From the IMG/VR virus record IMGVR_UViG_3300042470_001171, positions 1-64,000 of that record: a stretch of DNA of 64,000 nucleotides; one strand, given 5' to 3'. The notes beneath the pieces are model-generated. The model searched no databases, had not been told where the DNA came from, and was given only the letters and a program-made list of their open reading frames with translations. How positions within the stretch are numbered: the stretch's first letter is position 1; every line of letters starts with the position of its first letter. Source of the stretch: a virus. Its lineage: Duplodnaviria > Caudoviricetes. The position numbers and the translations under genes are program-made. Shown one piece after another: positions 28,359-37,651 of the stretch.

Positions 28359-28551
28359 TGTCAAGGTTCTCCGAGGATGAAGGTGGACAATTGCCGCCAT
28401 AGCAACGGGCCATTGGCTTTTTGTTGGCACAAATCGGCACCCAGGCTAAAGCCAACAAAAAGCCCCACCACAAAAATGGCGGTGGCCAGGATGGCCAGAA
28501 GGCCGTCGTCATGATCGCTGTGCATGGCTTGGCAAAAGGAGCGGAGTCTTA

Positions 28552-28618
28552 CCGCTCACCCCCACAATGGTGGGGCAATTAAAGCGCTTCAGCAGGATCC
28601 ACCCCCACTGGCGTGGGG
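28552..28618 (-). CRISPR. Two-repeat mini-array inside the Tra-like operon
   Basis: CCCCAC-GCCA-GTGGGG-GTGGATCC, 19-nt interval, CCCCAC-CATT-GTGGGG-GTG. Confidence 0.7.
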
Positions 28619-28625
28619 CTTGGCC

Positions 28626-29048
28626 CTAGTCCTCGTCAGTGCCACCGTAGGCAGCGGGCAAGCGCAGGGCCGGAGGCTGGATCCCGGCAGAGAAAGCTTT
28701 GAAGCGTTCCACCAAATCAGCGTCAGGACGCTTAGGCAAAAGGCCAGAAATGTCAATCGGCTCAATGGTGGTGTTGATCGTCATGGACCGGACGTTGGCC
28801 AGCCGGGCCATGACAGCGCCCATCAAGCCTTGGCCGCTAAGGGCGTCTTCAAGCAAAGGCGCTATCTGATCAGCCAGGCGCTCCTTAGTGGAGCTGTACT
28901 GCTCGGCCAGGCTGGCCAGGGCCAGGGCGTCTGACTGCATCTGGCCAGCAATGGCCATGGCCAGCTCATGGCCAGCGGCTAGCGGCGCAACACCCTCGGG
29001 GGTGCCGGTGGACTGAGACTGTTCGTTAAGTTGATCGGAGAGGTTCAT
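28626..29048 (-). CDS. Hypothetical protein
   Basis: ATGA overlap with upstream gene. Confidence 0.6.
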   Translation of the reverse strand: MNLSDQLNEQSQSTGTPEGVAPLAAGHELAMAIAGQMQSDALALASLAEQYSSTKERLADQIAPLLEDALSGQGLMGAVMARLANVRSMTINTTIEPIDISGLLPKRPDADLVERFKAFSAGIQPPALRLPAAYGGTDED

Positions 29049-29302
29049 AGGTTGTGGTCCTTTGCAAATTGGATTGTAAGTTGGCGGGCTGATTCCTTTG
29101 TTCGCCTGGAGCCTCGCAACTGAGCATAGTAAGCCAGTACTCTGGCGTACTGCGGAGTAAAAGCCTCATGTTTCAAAGCCAATTCTTTACGCAGTTCATA
29201 CAGTCGGCTACGGCTAACCTGGCGGCTAGCCAATGAACTGACTAATGACCGGAAATGATGCTCCGACATTAAGGCGTCGATCTGGCTGTCAGGATGCTCC
29301 AT
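29045..29302 (-). CDS. Putative small DNA-binding protein
   Basis: VSRSRLYELRKEL HTH-like segment; first gene of operon. Confidence 0.5.
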   Translation of the reverse strand: MEHPDSQIDALMSEHHFRSLVSSLASRQVSRSRLYELRKELALKHEAFTPQYARVLAYYAQLRGSRRTKESARQLTIQFAKDHNL

Positions 29303-29491
29303 AACGAGAAATCAACCTTTCGGGACGGTCTCATCGAACATTGTCGAACATTGTCGAACATTACAGGACGTTCGACAATGTTCGACGTAGGATCCACCAT
29401 AGCACAGCCTAGCCATTTTTGTGTCATTTATTTGGCGCTTTTGCGGGGACTGGTGGTAGGCTGTGACAGTTGTTATAATTTGTAGCTTTCT

Positions 29492-29680
29492 ATGGCCGAC
29501 ACAAGAAACCAGACCACCATCACCCTAAGCTGGCGGGCCTGTCGAGAATATGAAGAGGTCGCCGAATGGTTGGGCGTTCCTCCAGCTAGCCTGATGCGGT
29601 TCATTTTAGAAGAACACCACCGCTCAGCAGAGTTTCACGAACTACTCCAGCGGGCCAGGAAACGTGAAGCCCAGCCCTAG
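29492..29680 (+). CDS. RHH-like small regulator
   Basis: TTITL...EEVAEWLGVPPASLMRFILEE; TATAAT upstream. Confidence 0.55.
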   Translation: MADTRNQTTITLSWRACREYEEVAEWLGVPPASLMRFILEEHHRSAEFHELLQRARKREAQP

Positions 29681-29793
29681 GGTTTACGTCAAAAATAGTA
29701 CGTGGTATAAAGTTTTGATCAGTACCGCCGTTCTAATGCGGATATTGGGTATAGGAGTTTGGACTATTAACAAACTTACAGTCAGTCCTGGAA

Positions 29794-30072
29794 ATGAGCA
29801 CACGGATGGATCAAGCGTTGGAGCGGCTTGACAGTTGCATTGCGCTATATCGAGAAGTCGGTATTACTGGTTATAAATTGGAGTTGCACCCTGATTGCCC
29901 AGGCGTTTGGATCCTGGTATTGACTTGCACTCAAGCCAATGAGGCTGTGTTCAAGTCATTGCGTTCGATCTGGCTTATCTGCTCGGAGGAGTGGATCCTA
30001 GGCGGCATTCAGGTCAACGACCTGCAGCCACTCATGGCAGATAGCCTCAACCTTTGCCGCTGTTGGCCCTGA
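29794..30072 (+). CDS. Hypothetical protein
   Basis: ORF track only. Confidence 0.45.
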   Translation: MSTRMDQALERLDSCIALYREVGITGYKLELHPDCPGVWILVLTCTQANEAVFKSLRSIWLICSEEWILGGIQVNDLQPLMADSLNLCRCWP

Positions 30073-30391
30073 TCGGGTTACCGTTGGCATCGGCTTTACC
30101 GAAGTAGATGTCGAACAACGCTGCTGCTGTCACCGGCTGGCCATTGCCTAGCCGCAGCACGCCAGCGCTTTCTAGTGCCCACAACACCTCCATCGCCGGG
30201 GCCCCGGAGCGGCCATAGCGAGGGGATAGGTGCTGCAGGGTGCCAATGCCGATGATGACACCGGTGTCCTCTTCCAGCCTGTGGCAAAACTCGATCCAGT
30301 TTGTGCATCCATAGTTGCTACGAATAGCAACCAAGCAATCCGCAAAATTATGCGGGCTTGCATCCTCTCCCCAACTTATTCTAACTGGCAT
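30047..30391 (-). CDS. Hypothetical protein, possibly a repressor divergent from the replication operon
   Basis: GAGG RBS; position at a divergence point. Confidence 0.45.
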   Translation of the reverse strand: MPVRISWGEDASPHNFADCLVAIRSNYGCTNWIEFCHRLEEDTGVIIGIGTLQHLSPRYGRSGAPAMEVLWALESAGVLRLGNGQPVTAAALFDIYFGKADANGNPIRANSGKG

Positions 30392-30608
30392 TTTGTTTTT
30401 TCCTCTCTAGGGTTCACACCCCTAGCTTAGCACCCAACTTAAAGCAGGCAACCGTAGACAGCCAGAACCCTTCTAGTAGCAAAAGCCACAGCGTTTGTCG
30501 CCATGCGCTAGCCGATACAGGCGCATATCAAAGCGGGCACCCTAAAAAGACGGTTGCCAGTTTATAGCTGCTGACTTATAATTGGGTTGTAGTTTACAAG
30601 TTCACGCC

Positions 30609-30758
30609 ATGCAACAAAAACTAGTGCGGCTAGATCGAGGGCTGCATTACGAAGCTAAGGTCTACGCCACTAAAAGGCAAACTTCTCTCAAGGAGCTAAC
30701 CGAGACGGCCTTAGCCGAGTACATGCAGCGCAACCCTGACCCAGGCCAAGCGGCCTAG
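30609..30758 (+). CDS. Small RHH protein (49 aa)
   Basis: KLVRLDRGLHYEAKVYA...SLKELTETALAEYM. Confidence 0.65.
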   Translation: MQQKLVRLDRGLHYEAKVYATKRQTSLKELTETALAEYMQRNPDPGQAA

Positions 30759-30793
30759 GGTTTTTTATTGTCCACCTTTAGCAAAGAACAACG

Positions 30794-31963
30794 ATGGAGA
30801 AACAAATTTCAGATCTCGTCCGCATGGGCGAGACCATTCAGGCTCGAATCAAGCGGTTTGGGCCCCAGACAGCCCTAAGCATTACGAGGGCAGTCCTCGC
30901 GCTCAACGAGAACGAGGTTAACCAGGTGCAGGCCGAGCTAGAGCGTCTAGCGGAGCAGCTAGGCATTGTCGAGGGGATCAACGGATGGGTGTTGGACATC
31001 GGCGCTCTCATCCTTCGCATGAAGGACGACATCCATGCGGCCATTATCCGCACTGGACCCCAGACTACCCTTAACATCACTGTGGCCATTTTGGGTCTGG
31101 CCAAGTCCGATGCTAAGCAGGTGCAAGCCAATCTGGAGCGCCTGGCGGATCAGCTTGGCATCGCCCAAGGAGAAAAAGGCTGGGTGCTCGATACCAGCAT
31201 TCTCGCACCCGAACAGAAACGCAGATACACGTTGGAAAGCCATCGGATCCAGGTAGCACAGAAGGTTGCCTATGAAATGGGTCTGGAGGGCAAGCCTGAA
31301 GTAGCTTGGCGGGCCTTGTCTCGGCGGGTAACTGAACTAACCGGAGAGAAGATCCACGAGGCTTGGTTTGCGCCGTCTGGGCGAGGGGCTCACTTCCGGG
31401 AACACATCGAGGCATCCTTTGCCGATGGCGTGGCTGAGCGGGAGAAACAGATCGACGCCGTGGCTAGCGAGCTAGGTGGCATCGTCGAGGAAGTTGTTGG
31501 TGCCACCAATGGCAATGGCAATGGCCACCACCTGGACGACGGGCCTACCGAGGAAGACTTGACACTCATTCAGGAGATCGCCAAGCTTGAGGCTGACGCT
31601 GAAGAATACCAAGATCGCATCAAGGCGCTAGAGGCCCAGCTAGCGGCCATAGCCTGGGCCAAAGGCGAAGCTGAAGAATACCAAAACAAGATCGCCGAGC
31701 TAGAGGCCCAGCTAGCGGCCTCAGCACCGACCCAGGTACAAACACTCCAGCCAGATACCGGAGGCACCCTAGAGGGGATTCTAGCGGCCCTAGAAACCCA
31801 ACTAGAAGCCGCTAGCCTAAAGGCAGAAGCAGCGACTAAGGCGGTCGAAGCTGCCCAGGAGCAGGCGGAACTGGCTGAACTCGGCGTGGACCAGGCCCGC
31901 CAGCGGCTCCAGGCTGCACTAGAGGCAGTAAATACCCTCCAGTCGCTCAAGGAGGGTGAATGA
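30794..31963 (+). CDS. Coiled-coil protein with duplicated N-terminal domain
   Basis: Two ~67-aa repeats (GPQT.L.IT.A.L...QVQA.LERLA.QLGI...GWVLD); heptad C-terminus. Confidence 0.7.
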   Translation: MEKQISDLVRMGETIQARIKRFGPQTALSITRAVLALNENEVNQVQAELERLAEQLGIVEGINGWVLDIGALILRMKDDIHAAIIRTGPQTTLNITVAILGLAKSDAKQVQANLERLADQLGIAQGEKGWVLDTSILAPEQKRRYTLESHRIQVAQKVAYEMGLEGKPEVAWRALSRRVTELTGEKIHEAWFAPSGRGAHFREHIEASFADGVAEREKQIDAVASELGGIVEEVVGATNGNGNGHHLDDGPTEEDLTLIQEIAKLEADAEEYQDRIKALEAQLAAIAWAKGEAEEYQNKIAELEAQLAASAPTQVQTLQPDTGGTLEGILAALETQLEAASLKAEAATKAVEAAQEQAELAELGVDQARQRLQAALEAVNTLQSLKEGE

Positions 31964-32394
31964 AGGGTGCTGTCCTAAGCGCCCCTGCGGTGGTCCGTCA
32001 GTTGCAGCCACAGCACTGGCGGGCCCTCAACTTGAAGGGGCGTCTACTTGTGTTTGAGTCCATGCTGACCTACGACCCGGCTAGTGCCCTGCGCTATGCC
32101 CGGTTTGTGGCAGGCGAACGCCTGGATCCAGTAGCTCATGATCCAGAGAATACTACTCCGCCAGAGGTTAAGGCCATTAAGCGCCAGGTAGCCATGCAGG
32201 CCAGCGAATGGCTAGCCCAGGCCATGGAGCCAGAATGCTTTGCCGACTACGAGCGGCAGATCGTGGCGCTCATGAAAGGCAAGCGCTATGTGGTGCGCTA
32301 TCAGATTGGGCTACAGCTGGGCCTCTATGGCCGGGCGGTTGCCATCCACAGCCCCATGTTTGTCAGGAAAAACTCAGCCTATTACCTGGCCTAA
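31960..32394 (+). CDS. Hypothetical protein
   Basis: ATGA overlap. Confidence 0.6.
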   Translation: MKGAVLSAPAVVRQLQPQHWRALNLKGRLLVFESMLTYDPASALRYARFVAGERLDPVAHDPENTTPPEVKAIKRQVAMQASEWLAQAMEPECFADYERQIVALMKGKRYVVRYQIGLQLGLYGRAVAIHSPMFVRKNSAYYLA

Positions 32395-32445
32395 CCCTGT
32401 CTTGTGTTCCCTTCCCCTATCCACCCTCACACCCAAGGAGTTCCT

Positions 32446-33366
32446 ATGGGCGCAACCTTACACCCCGTATTCCAGCGGGAATCCATGATCTGGCAAAGCA
32501 TTCTGACCGCCAACGAAAAGCTATTGCTGCTTTGCCTCAACTCGTTCCTAGGCGCTGATGGCCGATGCTTCCCCAGCATTGCCACCATGAGCCGGATGAC
32601 TGGCCTCAGTCGCAGCACGACTAACCGCACCCTGGCCCTACTCGAAGACCAAGCCATCATCAACAGCCAGCAACGCTACCGCGATGACGGCAGCCAGACC
32701 GCCAGTGATCGGTTCCTGGATTTTGATGCCATTCCAATGGCCAAACCGGATCCAGATCCAGCCGAAAATCAAGGCGGGGGGGTATGTCAAAATGACATGG
32801 GGGTGTGTCAGGATGACATGGGGGTGTGTCACAGTGAAACGGGGGGGGTGTCAGACTGGGAGGGGGGGGGTGTCAGCTTGACACACCAAGAACTATCCAG
32901 AAGAACTATCCAGAAGAACTATCTAGATCTTTTCCCCCCTACCCCCCGTTCAGAAAAAAAAGGGAAAAAAGAAACCAGCAAGCTGGATCCGGAAAGAACT
33001 GTTGCGCCGCCCGCCGCCGCGCCGGTGGCCGCAGTGGATCCATCCAAGCCTGATCCATTCGCGGCCCAGTTTGCGCCCAGGCCGTGGCGGGAGAATGGGT
33101 GGGGCAAGATCTTGCCAAAGTTCTGCGAGTTCATGGTTGCTGGCAAGCACATTGTTGTTGACGGGCAGATGAACCCTAAGACGAAGGCGATGTACCATGT
33201 GTCAAACTTGGAGCGAGATGGCAAATGGGATAAACTGGAATATCTCTGGGCTGAGTACCAAGCCAGCCTGCAGCCAGCCAGGCCAAAGGCTAAGCTGGCC
33301 ACGGAAAGCTATGACGAGCGGGTGCGTCGGGAGATGAACCAACACCAACAGAGGGAACACGCATGA
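32446..33366 (+). CDS. Phage replication initiator (N-terminal winged HTH, lambda O-like position)
   Basis: CFPSIATMSRMTGLSRSTTNRTLALLE; internal iterons; directly upstream of dnaB. Confidence 0.8.
   Translation: MGATLHPVFQRESMIWQSILTANEKLLLLCLNSFLGADGRCFPSIATMSRMTGLSRSTTNRTLALLEDQAIINSQQRYRDDGSQTASDRFLDFDAIPMAKPDPDPAENQGGGVCQNDMGVCQDDMGVCHSETGGVSDWEGGGVSLTHQELSRRTIQKNYLDLFPPTPRSEKKGKKETSKLDPERTVAPPAAAPVAAVDPSKPDPFAAQFAPRPWRENGWGKILPKFCEFMVAGKHIVVDGQMNPKTKAMYHVSNLERDGKWDKLEYLWAEYQASLQPARPKAKLATESYDERVRREMNQHQQREHA
32776..32970. repeat. Putative origin: five GGGGGxxTGTCA iterons at 21-bp period, followed by an A-rich tract
   Basis: TGTCA at 32785, 32806, 32827, 32849, 32871; GAACTATCCAGAA duplicated; A-runs at 32954-32974. 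Confidence 0.75.
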
Positions 33367-34721
33367 TTGCTCAAGTCAAAGTACCCGTGCCTGTGGGCGA
33401 GGATGGCCTATTGCCGCCCCAGGCCATCGAGGCAGAGCGCGCCATCCTGGGTGCCTTGCTCTACCAGCCGGACCTGCTGGAAGAGGTCTCGGACCTGCTA
33501 TCGCCTAAAGCCTTTTACCTGGACTCCCACCGCCTGTTGTACGAAACCTGCCTTAGCCTGCTAGCCCGGGGCATCCCCTGCGATATGCTGCAGGTGGCCA
33601 TGGCGCTGGATGCCAAGCAGTTGGAGAGGGTCGGTGGCCGGGCAGGCCTGGCCAGCTTCCTGGATAGCGTCGTCAGTGGTGCGGCAGTCGATCTGCACTG
33701 CCAGCAGGTCATGGAAACCTGGACCCGGCGTCGGCTAGGCAAGCTGGGCCAGCTGATGGTGCAGCTACAGCACGAGAAAGTGCCGCTGGATGCCTTGCTA
33801 GAGCGGGCAGAAGCTGAGCTATCGGCTCTGATGCTGCAGGAGTCCACCGGTGGCCTGGTGCCCATGGCCGAAGTCGCTGCCGAGGTGTACACCGAAGTCG
33901 AGGCCAGGCTAGAGAGCCGGGAACTGCCAGGCTATCAAACCGGCTTCTCCCAGTTGGACGTCATGCTAAACGGTGGGCTCATGCCCGGGGACTTGATCAT
34001 TGCCGCTGGCCGCCCTGCAATGGGTAAGACCGCCTTCAGCCTCAACCTGGCTAATTTTTTGGCTGTTAAAACCCAACTAACAGCCTGCGTCTTTTCGCTA
34101 GAGATGGGTAGACAGCAGCTTGGATACAGGTTATTCTCGGCAGAGGCGAGCATTGAAACAGGCCTGATGAAGAAGGGACTTGTCACCGACAAGCAAATGT
34201 CCACCCTGGCTGGCACCGTTGCCAACCTGGCGGATCGGCCGATTTGGATTGACGACAACCCTTTGCCTAGCTTCAGCTACATCCGCAGCCAATGCCGCCG
34301 CCAAAAGCGTCGCCATGGTGCACTGGGGCTAGTCATGATCGACTACCTCCAGTTGATGGCCGATGGCCAGGCCAGTGGCAACCGGGCCATGGAGCTAGGC
34401 CACCTTACCCGCAGCCTCAAGATGCTGGCCAGGGAGCTGGACTGCCCGGTGCTGGTGCTTAGCCAGCTTAGCCGGGGCGTCGAGTCCAGGACCAACAAGC
34501 GGCCCCTGATGAGCGATTTGCGCGAGTCTGGATCCATTGAGCAGGACGCTGACTTGATCATGATGCTGTACCGGGATGAGTACTACGACCCGGAGTCCGT
34601 AGACAAGGGCATTGCCGAGGTGATTGTCACCAAGAACCGCAATGGCCCGACCGGCACCGTGAAGCTTCTTTTCGAGCCGCAATACCAGCGGTTTTCCGAT
34701 GCAACCTTTGAGGAGTACTGA
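33363..34721 (+). CDS. dnaB: Replicative DNA helicase
   Basis: PPQAIEAE, GRPAMGKT, FSLEM, IDYLQL, SQLSR, DLRESGSIEQDAD, KNRNG. Confidence 0.96.
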   Translation: MIAQVKVPVPVGEDGLLPPQAIEAERAILGALLYQPDLLEEVSDLLSPKAFYLDSHRLLYETCLSLLARGIPCDMLQVAMALDAKQLERVGGRAGLASFLDSVVSGAAVDLHCQQVMETWTRRRLGKLGQLMVQLQHEKVPLDALLERAEAELSALMLQESTGGLVPMAEVAAEVYTEVEARLESRELPGYQTGFSQLDVMLNGGLMPGDLIIAAGRPAMGKTAFSLNLANFLAVKTQLTACVFSLEMGRQQLGYRLFSAEASIETGLMKKGLVTDKQMSTLAGTVANLADRPIWIDDNPLPSFSYIRSQCRRQKRRHGALGLVMIDYLQLMADGQASGNRAMELGHLTRSLKMLARELDCPVLVLSQLSRGVESRTNKRPLMSDLRESGSIEQDADLIMMLYRDEYYDPESVDKGIAEVIVTKNRNGPTGTVKLLFEPQYQRFSDATFEEY

Positions 34722-35569
34722 TGAAAAGCGTTACATCAGTCAGCGGCGGCAAGACAAGCGCTTATATGGCGTTTCACTACCCAACGGACTACTACATTTT
34801 TTCAGTAGTCCTGACTGACCATGCGCCATCAGCACCTAAGGATTCTGGCCTGCTGCGGGAGGCTCAGGCTAGGATTCCTGGCTTTATTGCTACCCATGAA
34901 GCTGACCAGACTTTGGCCAATGTCCTAAGGCTAGAGCAAGAGCTAGGCAAGCCGATCCAATGGGTGGCGGCAGAATATAGCCTAGATCGGTTTGTTGCGA
35001 AACAAACCGATCTACCTAACTACCGTTCAGGTGGCCCGATGCTACCTAATAAGCAGTTGCGGTTCTGCACTATTCAGCAAAAGATCATGCCGATCTTTTG
35101 GCATGTATGGCGGTTTTGGTGGGACGGCGACCCACTGCTGATGAATATTGGCTTTAGGTGGGATGAACCCAGACGGGTAGAAGGCTGGAACTGCGACAAC
35201 GACAAGGTAAAAGCGCCAGTGGCTTGTGGGCTAACGCCTGATAAGCGCTGGCAGTATACCACCGTCGAATGGCGAGTGCCCCAGTTTCCTTTGTACAACG
35301 ACAGGATCAGTCACAACACTATCCGCCAATTCTGGAATCGTAAGGGCTGGGTGTTCCCTGAAATTAGCAACTGTCGCTTTTGCTTCCACCACACAGCGGT
35401 ACAGCTCCAACGCCAAGCCGTGTTGGAACCCGAAAACTTGCAATGGTGGCTAGCGCAAGAGGAGCGGGTTGGGGCCAGCTTTGGCACTCGTCCATTAGCT
35501 GAAATCCTGCGCCAGCCAGTGTTAGACGTGTTTGACGACAACCGGCAATCTTGTTTTTGTGGAGATTAA
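34721..35569 (+). CDS. PAPS-reductase-like (PP-loop) protein
   Basis: SVSGGKTS, RFCT...K, IGFRWDE..R, NCRFCF, terminal CFC. Confidence 0.7.
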   Translation: MKSVTSVSGGKTSAYMAFHYPTDYYIFSVVLTDHAPSAPKDSGLLREAQARIPGFIATHEADQTLANVLRLEQELGKPIQWVAAEYSLDRFVAKQTDLPNYRSGGPMLPNKQLRFCTIQQKIMPIFWHVWRFWWDGDPLLMNIGFRWDEPRRVEGWNCDNDKVKAPVACGLTPDKRWQYTTVEWRVPQFPLYNDRISHNTIRQFWNRKGWVFPEISNCRFCFHHTAVQLQRQAVLEPENLQWWLAQEERVGASFGTRPLAEILRQPVLDVFDDNRQSCFCGD

Positions 35570-35571
35570 TC

Positions 35572-35877
35572 ATGCCATTACCTTGTCTGCCAGTGCATGT
35601 GGTTGTTGCCACACAGCCTGGAATGTCTCAAAGTTTCGAGTGCCAGATTCCTGCCTTCAGCGAAGAGTCCGATCCAGCTGCTGCTGCCGCTGTGTGGCTG
35701 TGGCGCAAGTGGGGCGATATGCTGGTGCCCCCCGCCCAGCCCTGGCCCTGGCCGCTGGAGCAGTACACGGTGTTTTATGAGCTGCCTTTTAGCGGGCGGT
35801 TAGTGTTTGAGTCCCAGGCAGGCTATGCGCCGCCAGCCTGTTGGCCTAGGCCCGTCCTGCAGGAGGTGGCGGTGTGA
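35572..35877 (+). CDS. Hypothetical protein
   Basis: GGAG RBS; operon. Confidence 0.5.
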   Translation: MPLPCLPVHVVVATQPGMSQSFECQIPAFSEESDPAAAAAVWLWRKWGDMLVPPAQPWPWPLEQYTVFYELPFSGRLVFESQAGYAPPACWPRPVLQEVAV

Positions 35878-36065
35878 TGGATTCGTTGTCGCTTGAGAAA
35901 CAGCTTGAGGTCAACACCTTTGAGCGGGTAGTCGATGGCCTAGCTTTTACTGAGGCTAACTTCAAGGAACTGCAGGAGATCTGCAAGGGCCTGAAGCGAC
36001 TCGAAGTAGGTCAGCGGGCCTTCCTGGCTGATCAGGTCAAGTCGGCATGGGGGAAGCTGTCATGA
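35874..36065 (+). CDS. Small protein, possibly NblA-like
   Basis: LSLEKQLEVNTFERVV resembles the NblA LSLEQQF pattern; 63 aa. Confidence 0.45.
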   Translation: MMDSLSLEKQLEVNTFERVVDGLAFTEANFKELQEICKGLKRLEVGQRAFLADQVKSAWGKLS

Positions 36066-36298
36066 GTGAGGCCAACCGCTTGATCGGCCTACTGCGCCGC
36101 ATGCAACGCCACCGCAACAATGACCGGGTTCTGGCCATGCCTAGCACCGTAGGCCACTACCGTAAAGCAATGGCCCCAGATATTTGCCTGGGCTGCCAAT
36201 ACCACAGCCCTAGCAGCCGGTTTTACCTGCCCTGTGCGGTGCGCCCCTACGGCCCACCGGCCAACGATACCTGCCCTGATCAAGAGCCACGACCATGA
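36062..36298 (+). CDS. Cys-rich small protein (C..C.Y....LPCAVRPYGP....C.D)
   Basis: ATGA overlaps; Cys pattern. Confidence 0.55.
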   Translation: MSEANRLIGLLRRMQRHRNNDRVLAMPSTVGHYRKAMAPDICLGCQYHSPSSRFYLPCAVRPYGPPANDTCPDQEPRP

Positions 36299-36522
36299 AC
36301 CTAGCCCGACAACTGGCGGCCTATTGCACCGCCAACCCTGAAGAAACCAGCCGACTGGTGGAGGTCGCCATTGGCTACCTGCTAGAGCAGGCTAGCCCGG
36401 AGAACCTGCAAGCCATGGCAGCGCTGATGCCCAGGTCAGAGCCAGGGGCATCGTTGGCCTTGAGCCTGCGGATACTGGCTGAGGACAGGCGGACCTCGCC
36501 CTTTAGCCTGGGAGGGAAGTGA
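36295..36522 (+). CDS. Hypothetical protein
   Basis: Overlapping start/stop codons. Confidence 0.55.
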   Translation: MNLARQLAAYCTANPEETSRLVEVAIGYLLEQASPENLQAMAALMPRSEPGASLALSLRILAEDRRTSPFSLGGK

Positions 36523-37445
36523 TGAACTACTACAACGAAAATGATCCCCAAGCGTCGGCATGGTTGAAGGAGTTGATAGCTCAGGGCGCTTTGCCGGATG
36601 GCGTTGTTGACGATAGGAGCATTGAGGATGTCACTCCAATTGAGCTTGAGCCTTACGTCCAATGCCACTTCTTCGCCGGTATCGGCGGGTGGCCCTATGC
36701 CTTGCAACTTGCCGGATGGCCAGAGGACCGACCCGTATGGACCGGTAGTTGCCCATGCCAGCCTTTCAGCGCGGCAGGCAAAGGAGCGGGGACTGCTGAT
36801 GAGCGGCACCTATGGCCAGCGTTCTTTTGGCTCATTAGCCAGTGTCGCCCTGAGATCGTCTTTGGTGAGCAGGTTGCATCAAGCGATGCCCTTGGATGGT
36901 GGGATGTTGTATCAACTGACCTGGAAGCAGCGGACTACGCCTGCGGGGGAGTCGATCTATGCGCTGCGGGCGTCGGCGCGTTCCATCTGCGCCAGCGACT
37001 GTACTGGGTTGGCACCTTGGTCAACACCCCAAGCCAAGGACAACAAGGGCGGCTACAGCCGTCGGTGGGTGGAGAACGTTCACGGGCGATCTCTCAACGA
37101 TCAGGTGATGTTAGTTCCCTGGCCAACCCCGGCGGCCAGGGATTGGAAATCGAGCGCCAGCAACAAACATGGGGACAATGCCAGACCCTTGAACGAGGTA
37201 GCCAAGCTAACCCATGGCGACACCCCGACTGGCTCCCCTGCCGAGACGGCAAAGCCCGGCCAGCTCAATCCGGCATTTTCCCGTTGGTTAATGGGGTTCC
37301 CGCCGATCTGGTGTGTGGCAGCAATCCTGGCATGCCGGCAAATGAAACGGCGGAAGCCAGAACCATGAGGCTACGCGGCTACGGAAACGCCATCGTTCCC
37401 CAGCTAGCCGCCCAGTTTATTGCAGCAGTCATGAGAGGCAAATAG
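36519..37445 (+). CDS. C5-cytosine DNA methyltransferase, large (alpha-like) polypeptide
   Basis: FFAGIGG, GSCPCQPFS, GEQV, HLRQRLYW, GYGNAIV; no motif IX in frame. Confidence 0.88.
   Translation: MMNYYNENDPQASAWLKELIAQGALPDGVVDDRSIEDVTPIELEPYVQCHFFAGIGGWPYALQLAGWPEDRPVWTGSCPCQPFSAAGKGAGTADERHLWPAFFWLISQCRPEIVFGEQVASSDALGWWDVVSTDLEAADYACGGVDLCAAGVGAFHLRQRLYWVGTLVNTPSQGQQGRLQPSVGGERSRAISQRSGDVSSLANPGGQGLEIERQQQTWGQCQTLERGSQANPWRHPDWLPCRDGKARPAQSGIFPLVNGVPADLVCGSNPGMPANETAEARTMRLRGYGNAIVPQLAAQFIAAVMRGK
36598..37368 (+). CDS. Nested alternative-frame ORF: putative beta polypeptide carrying motif IX (start uncertain)
   Basis: WPTPAARDWK and GQLNPAFSRWLMGFP. Confidence 0.6.
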   Translation: MALLTIGALRMSLQLSLSLTSNATSSPVSAGGPMPCNLPDGQRTDPYGPVVAHASLSARQAKERGLLMSGTYGQRSFGSLASVALRSSLVSRLHQAMPLDGGMLYQLTWKQRTTPAGESIYALRASARSICASDCTGLAPWSTPQAKDNKGGYSRRWVENVHGRSLNDQVMLVPWPTPAARDWKSSASNKHGDNARPLNEVAKLTHGDTPTGSPAETAKPGQLNPAFSRWLMGFPPIWCVAAILACRQMKRRKPEP

Positions 37446-37447
37446 CC

Positions 37448-37645
37448 ATGCAACTAAGCTCCCAGGCAAAGGCCACATTCCGCAAAGGCATTGCCCGCAC
37501 CAAAGCCGCCCAGGCTGCGGCCAAGGAGCTAGCCGCCCTGGTGCTAGCCCAGCCAGACGCCCCGCCAGCCATGCAGGCCCTGGCCCGGCAGGTGCTTGAT
37601 CCGGTGGTGGTGGTAATGGAGGAAGAGCAGCAGGACGCGGCGTAG
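37448..37645 (+). CDS. Hypothetical protein
   Basis: Last gene of operon before array H. Confidence 0.55.
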   Translation: MQLSSQAKATFRKGIARTKAAQAAAKELAALVLAQPDAPPAMQALARQVLDPVVVVMEEEQQDAA

Positions 37646-37651
37646 GCCAGG

